A stretch of DNA of 64,000 nt from Octopus vulgaris (lineage: Eukaryota). Position numbers and translations under genes: made by a program. Under the pieces are notes generated by a model, which searched no databases, was not told where the DNA came from, and worked only from the letters and a program-made list of their open reading frames with translations. The stretch is taken from assembly GCA_951406725.2 (NCBI GenBank), contig OX597814.1, positions 20,646,001 to 20,710,000 on the forward strand. Reading direction: 5' to 3'. This document shows, piece by piece, positions 52,501 to 62,300 of this stretch. Every line of letters begins with the position of its first letter. Position 1 is the first letter of the stretch.

Positions 52501-55500
52501 CATACAAACTCTTACACATATATAAGTTGGGTTTCTTTCACTTTCTGTCTGCCAAATCCACTCAAAAAGCTTTGATCAACCTGAGGTTATAGTGGAAGAC
52601 TCTTGCCCATGTAGTGGGACTGAACCTGAAATCAAGTGTTGACAAAGCAAGCTTCTTAACCACACAGTCACACCTGCACCTTATGTGAGTGTTTTGGACA
52701 TTTGGCAAAAGAAAACAAAAAGTTGGGAACACTGCCATGGATAAATATAGTGTCCATGTAATGTATAAGTATCTATTGATATGAGCTTAGCTACAAATAT
52801 TCAGAAGTGAATGTGCAAGCATGGATATGTTCAAACATTGCTGTGTAGTTAAGTAGCTCATTTAGCAACTATGTGGTTCTGGGTTTGATTTCACTTCACA
52901 ATATCTTGGGCAAGTGCCTTCAATAGCCTGTGAGCAATATTTGACAGTCAGAAAGAGTGTGGAAACCTGGCAGTTGTGTATGTGTGTATCTTCTACTAAT
53001 ACATATCAGTAAAGAATATAAACATCAACAAGAAAATGAAAAACGTGAGACCAACAAAGCTATTGTTCAAAAACAGTGATAGAGAGAGTGAGTGCGTGTA
53101 ACATGCATGTATGGTTATACATGCAGAGATTGTCTTCTGTTACAACTGGAAATTTGTTTGCTGGATAATTTGACAAGTAAGCATTTGGTGAGGGTTTATA
53201 TTCTCTGTAAATGCGTAACACATATTAAGAAGCATGCAATTTTTATGTAGGCATTTGAACAAATATATAAATTTAATATATACATACATCATCTTCTTCT
53301 TCAAGTTGAACTCGACCACATTTTAATTTATCGATATCTCGCTGGCAGTTGTCAACAAAATTAGAAACTAAACGATAATCACTAAAAATTATGCTTCCCA
53401 TTTTCAGCAGAAATTGTTTACAACTGCTATCTGTGATGTTATCAATATGTTCAAATAAGCAGGGAATCAAGTGACCCGAGCCACGACGGAAATTTTGGCA
53501 ATCTACCGCCTGAAAATAAAACACAAAGGATGTAAGCAAAAATATATGATGAGGTATCATACATGTTAACATGTTCACAATGATGGAAAAATGACAAAAT
53601 TGGGTAAAATATAATTAATATCAACCAGAGTACTTGCAGCTCTATCACATATTACCTAAACTGCTCTTGTGAACCAATTCCATCCTTAATCTATTTTGAA
53701 TTCCCCAGACTAGGCAGTACACCTTATTCAGTCTTTAGGTCCACTTTTTACAAATCAACAACCATAAAGGATTTATCTTGATTCAATTACTGAAGTCAGT
53801 TCTCTTTAACCAACATGTACTGATTCTAATTTTAAAACATCATTAATGTGTTTCCTATGAATTTAGAAGACTTCATGATATTCCATGAATGTAACAACTT
53901 TCATTACAGTACACACCCAACCAGCCTGCCATTGTTGTCACTAGGCAACATGGTCCATTTTCATAATCTTTGCGTGAGAAACTGACACTTGATCTGACTG
54001 CTTGCCTTCTTTCTCCCTGTCCACTTATCAAGAAGACAAAAATGTTTTCTTTAGTAGTAGTGATAGCCATACATCTAGGAAGTTGGACATTTTGAAGAAA
54101 TGCTGTAAAATGAAATTTTTATCCCATTACATATGACAACAGTGGAACCATAAACTACAGCGAAGATAACCAATCCAGCCCAACTCTTCTAGTGTCAGAA
54201 GCATAAGTACATCCAATCAACTGTGCTAGTGGTTGAAAATAAAAGTGGGTGCAAAATTACAGTTAATTAATTAAGAACAGGACATTGAATAAATAACAGC
54301 AACTCTGTTAACAGTAACTGAGACTTAGATGTGTATATAGTAGGGAGTGTTGTCAAGTGTGTGCATCCATAGATTTTCAATAAGAAATTTCACCACCAAC
54401 AGAGACAACTTTCTTCTTTACAGGTACTTAACTTTAGGCTCACTACTATGAATGTCAATATGATAAGGTATTCAAGATGTTAGAACAGAGATGAATAGAG
54501 GTATGCTGTATGCAAGAACCAAAAAACAAGGTGATTTAGCTATATTCTTCACTAGTAAAAACAATCCCTGAGATGTGTAATGCTAACCTGTGAGAGCATC
54601 AGCCAGTGTGCCCACTATGACAGAAGCCCAACATTTTAATGGATCATATTTTTACATATGAGGAATCTAACTGAAGCACATCTTCAGATTTCTTCTTGCA
54701 TACAATATACCTTAGCTCATCTCTGCATGAAGACAGATGTAGAAAAAGAAGAATGAGTAAGATTGAAAAGAAGTGGTGAAATTAGATCTAAGAATAATCT
54801 GACAAAAGAGAGAATGAAATACTGGGGGCAACTAATGTACAATAAATGCATTAAAATCAAGCCAGCATAGGAAAGTTGATAATTAAGACTAGAAACAAAT
54901 GTATGTATAAGTTAGTTTCTTAAATGGGCCAAGAAAAAAAATTATTAGCTGAAATTACAATACAACCATTTCAAAGTAATGTATAGAAGTTATATGAAAT
55001 TAAGAGTTTAAGTTTTCAATGCTGTGCTATGTAAAGTTACTAGAAAATTTAAAATATAATTTTCGTTTAATACACACTGAAAGTTATTAATTATTAAAAA
55101 AATTGATAAACAATTAAAAATACAAACAGTGCATATGCATATTCTATAAGTACACACAATGATGCAAACGGTACTCACCATTTCCAATTCCTTACGGCAC
55201 ACTTCTTTGCCAGCAGATTCAAACCTATCATCTTTGGTTAAATTTCTTTTGTAGGTCCATAGAAGCTAAAAATAAAAGTGTACAATGATTATAATGATAA
55301 GGAACCCAAAAGCATGTTTTAATCCTTTAGCATTCACATTATTCAATTAAAAGTAATGCTTATATAATCATACTGTTTTAAATTAATTCATAAATTATTT
55401 ATTCATGTACTGTTTTGTAGCGATGAGAATCTGATGAGTTAACTTAATTTTTTCAGAATGATATTGTAGGGTTGGTGTGAGAAACCAGATCTGGCCAGAT

Positions 55501-58500
55501 TGAACATAAAACAGGTACAATAATATTTCAGCTGGATATGGCTGGTTTAAATGCTAAAGGATTAAGTCTTCACTTATTTTTCTTTTCAGATACCATCAAT
55601 ATCATCGTCATCAGTGTTTTAATGTCCACTTTTCTCAGCTCATACAGAGATTTTGAATGAGATTTTTTCCTCCCTGACCAGACATGTCTCAGAAGATTGG
55701 GAATGAAGGACACTGATTGCAAGACAGTGACACTGGCTTACAACTATCAGATGATGTCATGGCAAGGAGACAGTAAAATGCATGCACACACACACAATGA
55801 CCTTTCAGTTTCTGTCTACAAAATCCACTTATAAGGCTTTGGTTGGCCCTGGGCTATAGTAAATGACTCTTGCCCAAGATGCCACACAGAAGGACTGAAC
55901 TTGAAACCATTATCTAAGAAACTGATCACTGCTTTGTTTTACTTCCTTCAAATTACCAACTCTGCAAAGATTATAAAGACCTGTAAAGCAATCGGTCCTG
56001 AACTCCTAAGCATGTCATTTCCTTATTAACAAAACCCCAATTATGTTTTTTTCTAAATTAAGTACAAACAAAACAATTATTTTGCATATTGTCACTTCAG
56101 TCAAATACAGTACATTAACAGCAAATTTTACTCATACTAGAGAGATAGAAGTCAAACACAGCAGGATTTGAAATTAGAACTTAAAGAGACAAAACTGAAT
56201 ATCATAGTGCATATGGTTTGGTGTGTAAACCCTGATTCAACTTATGATATAATGGACACCAATGTTGCTGGAGAGACACTCAATTCCAGTAATTTTCTGG
56301 TCCTTATTTTATTAACCTTAAATGATAAAGCAAAGTTAAACCTAGAGGGATTTCAAGTCAGAATATAAAGGGATATAATATAAAGGTATTTTGTGCAGCA
56401 CTCCACTCATTGTACTATCAACCACTATTATTACTCACAGATAGTAAAAAAAAAAACATGAAATATGAAGGCAGGCTAAAAAGTTCATAAGCTGACTATG
56501 AAGAAGTGATGCTAGAGCTGTGAAATCTTGCATGCATTAATTTCAACTTTTATTGATAACTTCATTATTTATTTCCAGGTGAACTCACATTTCACTTTCA
56601 AAGAAGACTTCAAAAGTGATTAGTAGTAATTTCTCTCAATGGACAAAATTTGGTATCATGTTGTTATGAAGTACCTGCAGAAAAACACTTCAGCTCCCAA
56701 GAATATTCATGCTGACATGGTTGTTACATTAGATAATGCTCCAACTTTATCAACAGTGCAAAAATGGGCAGCTGAATTTAGGAGGGGAAGGGAGAGTCCA
56801 GAACATGACCCATGGTCTGAACATCCTGCAGCTGTCACCACCAAGAAAAACATTGATCATATTCACCACATGCTGATGGATGACAGGCGATTGGCAATAA
56901 ATCAAATAGCCAATGTTAGTAGCATGATAAAGGCTTCTGCTCAGTGGATGCCATAACTTCTGACACATGAGCAAAAGCACACCAGGCTGATCACATCACG
57001 AAAAAATCTGACACTATCTGAGGCAGATCCAGCTGGTTTCCTTGGATCTGCCCCTGGATGAGTGTTGGCTTCATCACTCTGAGCCAAAGACAAAGAGACA
57101 ATTCATGCAATGGGAACACCCTTCCTCACCTACTCCAAAGAAGGCCAAGATCATTTCATCTGCAGGGAAGGTGATAACCTTAGTTTTTTTGGATGCAAAA
57201 ATCATTGTTTATTGACTATCTTCAAAAGGGATACTCAATGGAGAGTACTATGCCAACTTCCTGAAGAAATTACGATAGGCTATCAAGACCAAATAGCCAG
57301 GGAAACTGATGAAAGGGGTCTTGCTTCATCAGGGCAATGTTCCATCACACAAGTCCTTGCTTTCAATGGCTGTTATGCATGACTGATTTTGAACTGGTTG
57401 ACCAACCTCACTATTCTCCTGATTTGGCCCCATCTAACTATCATCTGTTCCTCCACTTGGCTAGGAATCAGTATTGCAGTGATGATGACATCTATTATTG
57501 ATGACTTTTTTAATCAACAGGATGAAAGCTTCACCAATGGGATCCAAGCACTGCAACACCAATGAAAGACATGTGGGGACTGCAAGAGGGACTATGTTGA
57601 AAAATCAACTTTATTTGGTCACATTCCATGAGAGCATCTAGGTCAGTTTATGAACTTTACATCCGATCATCATAACTTTAGCACTGAAAATACAATGGCT
57701 AATGAAAAAGACTAGATAAAATACTCAATTGTTTCAAAATTGAAACAGGAACTATCATGTCTAAATTGGAATTCATAACATGAATTACTCTTGCTCAAAG
57801 GCAAGAACAATTTAATCAGAATTTTTTATGGATTAACGAAGTTAATCATAGAATTAACTTGTAGACTATTTTTCTCAAGTTTTTAATTTGAACATGTTTT
57901 ATCATTAATCATTGAACCATTACAATATTCAGCTATTTATTTATTTTTAATATTATATACGTATGTTTTCATTTCACATACTAGTGTTTGGATGAATCTT
58001 AGCTATTGTTTACATTGTAATATTTTGATTCTAGGAAAATTGGAATAACATTGGTGATTCTGAATACAGAAAACAAATGCTTGTTATGGAGTGAATGTGA
58101 AGGTTAACCATTATTTGAAAATATAAAAAGCAATAATAAACTCACGGATTTTCAGGAATTTTTTTATCATCATCATCATCCTCTAATGGACATTAAAGGA
58201 TGATGTCAAAAATTCTTGAAAATCTATGAGCTTATAAATGTTACAATGCATCACCATAGACCAACAATACTTTCAGTTTATCAAATACACTTTGGAAAAA
58301 TCAAATACTGGAGAGAGTATAATTGTTGATGAGCAATTTAGTAACTTTTAGAGATTACTTCTCATTCAGATTGCTTGTCCCATCAAACTAGATTAATATG
58401 GAATTCAAATATGGGCAACATATATTTCAATAAACTCATATGTCATACACCTTCCTGTGCGTGCATGGGTCAAACAGAATTCATTAAGGAAGCTTTTTTA

Positions 58501-59340
58501 GGGTTGGATGTTTTTCCTGTTGCTAATCCTTCACCTGTTGCCAAGCAAAGTAACACTTCCTGATAACCAGATAAGGCAATACAAATACACACACAAAATG
58601 GCCTTTTTTTCAGTTTCTCTCTACCAAATTCAATCACAATGCTTTGGTCAACACAGGGCAATAGTAGAAGACACTTGCTCAAGGTGCCACATAATGAGAC
58701 TGAACCAAAAACTATGTGATTGGAAAGCAAACTTATTAACCACAGAGCTATGCCTCCACCTGTGTATAGGTATGTAGGAAATAAAGGTTTACACAGGTGA
58801 GCACAATGAGAAATCTATCAAGGAAATAGAACAATAACTAATCTAGCCACAGAAATTGAAAATCTTTATCATAAACTGTAAAAAGTGAATGTAGAACACA
58901 AAAAATTGGTAATAGTTGAGACGATAATGTAAAACAAATCTGTATTTCCAACTTACTCAGTGCATCCCCACCAAAAAAAAAAAAAAAAAAGAAAATGTAG
59001 CATACTTCATTTTAAATATATTGCAATGATTATTTATTACTGTTCAAAAAGGAACCAGTCTCGTAAATTTTTACATGATTCATCCAAAGCCTGACATATT
59101 GGAACCTAAGGCCACTCTACAGTAACACAGATGCTGTCAACACTAACGAACATTAATTACAGCTATAAAATACTGATAGAATGTGAACCACTAGTGATGT
59201 TAGAAGCGTAAAATTTTTAATTATACGGAGAAAAATCAAGATGACACTAACAATGCACATAAGTAAAATAACTAATGCATTTGATACAACGAAAGAAGCT
59301 ATCAAATACTGATAATGATGTATTTATGACCCTCAACTTT

Positions 59341-59371
<31 letters not shown>

Positions 59372-62300
59372 TGTATATATTATAAGTTTACTGAAAGTGA
59401 TAACAAAAGTAAATGTTATTAGATATTATTTAAAAGACCCAATCAGAGACAGTATTATCACTTGTCAAACAACTTAGTTACTATTTATACTAGTGCCTAC
59501 TATTTCCTTTTTTCCTTCAAATTAGATAATTTAAATTGTTTTTGCACTAATCCCTTATTTGTATGATAATTTGTCAGTCACTTAGTTCTAGCAAGATAGG
59601 TTATTCTGTTAATGTCCTAATTTGCTAGCATTAAGGAACCAATGAAGTATCTCATAGGGTTAAACTACAGCAGGAACAGATAATATATAGCACCTAATTT
59701 GGAAAGATGGAATGGCAGGCAATCTGTAGTATCATTGGTAAGACAGCTGCCAGGGTAGAAACAGGGATGTGGTTCATGTTCCATCATTGGCTCTTTTCTG
59801 TCCCAAACTGGTACTCATAAAGTCAAATATAATTTTGATTAAAAATCTTGAAAGAATGTATTAACAATGTATCCATGGTTAGAATCCAAATAGGCAATAA
59901 AAAAAAAAAGCAATATAAAAAGCAAAACTCTTAAATTTTATGGTATAACTAATAGTGTAATTTCATCCTTTCAAACTCAAAAGTCTATGTATTAGGAAAA
60001 ATACTAAAAGCGTAGCTTAGTTTGTTCATCCATTCTTATTCCTACTTTTCCATGCTTGCATGGGTTATGTAATGTAATAGTTTGAAACTATTTCAAAATT
60101 GAAGAACTGTTCCACTTCTTACTATGTAGTTACTCTAATTTAGAAGTGCATTGGTTTTCACTGAAACAGAGTTGTCAGCAGAATCACTGAACTTACAAAT
60201 TAAATTCAATTCCCCATTATCTTCTACATTAGTTCTTTTTATAACATTGTAGCCTCCACAATTTCCATTTTGTCTTTTCCTTCCTTTCCAATCCTAAAAC
60301 TATACTGATCTTTCCCAAGCCCCTTTCCTTCAGAAGAGAAAAGAAAACAGAATCACAAGACATTTTAGTCAAAAAGTCCAACATAGCAGAGCTTGGAGGC
60401 TTCAAATGCTCTCAACCCAGATGTGACACCTGTCCACTTTATCCCTCATGGATGGCACTGACACAACTGGTACCAAATCCTAGCTTCATATCTGATAAGT
60501 TCAAACGAGTCTCCACATCCTTGTTTACTACACTTGTGAACTCTGTAATGTTTCATATATAGATAAAAATCATTTAGAAGGCTAATGCTTTGTATATAGG
60601 TAAAAAGCATTAGATGACTGCATCTGGGAACATCTACTTGATGTTCATAACACCACTGAGGCATCTCCAAACCTGAAAATCAACTACAGCTGGACACCTT
60701 AGTTCATCCACTCATATCTACATGGACATAAAACTGCCAAGTTCACATCAGTTATCTTCTTTGATACAAATCAACTATTCCAGATTAGAAATAAAGCTTG
60801 AAACAGAGATGTAGTTTTTTCCTAAACGAGATATTCAGATAAAAACTTATAAATCCAATATATTTGAATAACAATATTCTGTTGTGTCTGGGGAGAGTCA
60901 TTCTGTTTTAGTGTCTTATAATTTAACACATTCACCAGCAAAATTTCCACTCATTTACTTATACATGTAGATGTATGTGTGTGTATGTGTGTATATGTAT
61001 AAACACATGTATGTAGGCAAATGGATATGAAAGTAAACAGACATACTGATGGATGGGTACATAGATAATATGAACAGACAAGCACACACATATGCAAATG
61101 AAGACTGAAACACATGACCATATAGACACACACTTCACACAAGGACACATGGAGACACACGTCCACGCATATAGAGATACACATCCATGCATAGACACAG
61201 AACATAGTCACAAAAACCCATACACACACACATACACTCAAACATGCACACACAAGGAGACAGGAGTACACACACACACACAAAAACAAACACATGACTA
61301 TGCAGAATACATACAAACTTACACACAAACATATGCACACACACACACAAATACACGCATACACATGCATGCATGTATACACATGTACATGTGTATGCAA
61401 GCAAACATGCACACAAACAAAAAGAATGCAGCTTGAATAACGGACAGAGTCAACAACTATCGAAAAGGTTGCAAGATGCAACAAAAATTTTAGAAAAATA
61501 AGTAAATGAGTGGAAATTTTACCTGTGAGTGTGTTAAATTATAAGGCACTAAAAGAGAATGATTCTCCCCAGACACAACAGAATATGCATCAATACACAA
61601 ACTCATAAAGAACCTTGCAAACCAAATCCAAAATGAATAACAATAGTTTATTTTATTCTTTAACACCATTATATCCACTTAAAACATTTATCAAAAATAT
61701 GAGTATTATTAACTGAGCTATTATATTTTCTCTACATCGTCCAACATTAATTACATCACCTAAATTACAAAAAATATTTTTACTTCTTATGTGGGAAATA
61801 TACAGTAGTTAGTAGTGAAAGCATCCATGAATTAAATGCATTCAAATGCTTGCAGACCCCACTTCTAAAAGTTGATTTTTTTTTTTTTATCACGGTGTCC
61901 TAATTAACAGTGGAGAAGGATGTTCTGAAAGCACAATCCAGAGTGAATGGAATGGAAAAAGATTCTTGGAGCAACTATCTCTACTAGAAACAAAGGGAGA
62001 TGGTATGATGCTTGTGTAAGAAGGGCAATGTTGCAAAGAAGCAAATCATAGGTATTAATCACATAAGACGTAAAAAGGCTACAAAGAAATGAAGTAAGCA
62101 TGCTCTGCTAGATATACAACATTAGTGTACATAAGTGACAGAGTAAACAAGGCACAAATGAGCAGAGAGAAAAACCTATATAAATCAGAAGTAGTGAGCA
62201 ATAGGGAAGACTGAGGTTGTATAGACATGTGAGTTCAACAAAGAAGAACCAAGCAATCCAAGTAGAAAGAGCCTGTGGAAGAGTAAGACCAAGGAAATCA

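Noticed and set aside
58951-58975. Strong GTAAGT donor on the minus strand next to a poly(T) tract
   Set aside because: No AG acceptor between the tract and the donor; no exon can be defined.
61428-61472. Hammerhead-like layout (GCAGC..TTGAATAA..CGAAA..GTTGC) beside the Penelope inverted repeat
   Set aside because: Core departs from CUGANGA and there is no clear NUH or helix II; needs a family consensus.
60951-61484. Cys/Val- and His/Thr-rich ORFs
   Set aside because: Translations of a degenerate CA/TG microsatellite.
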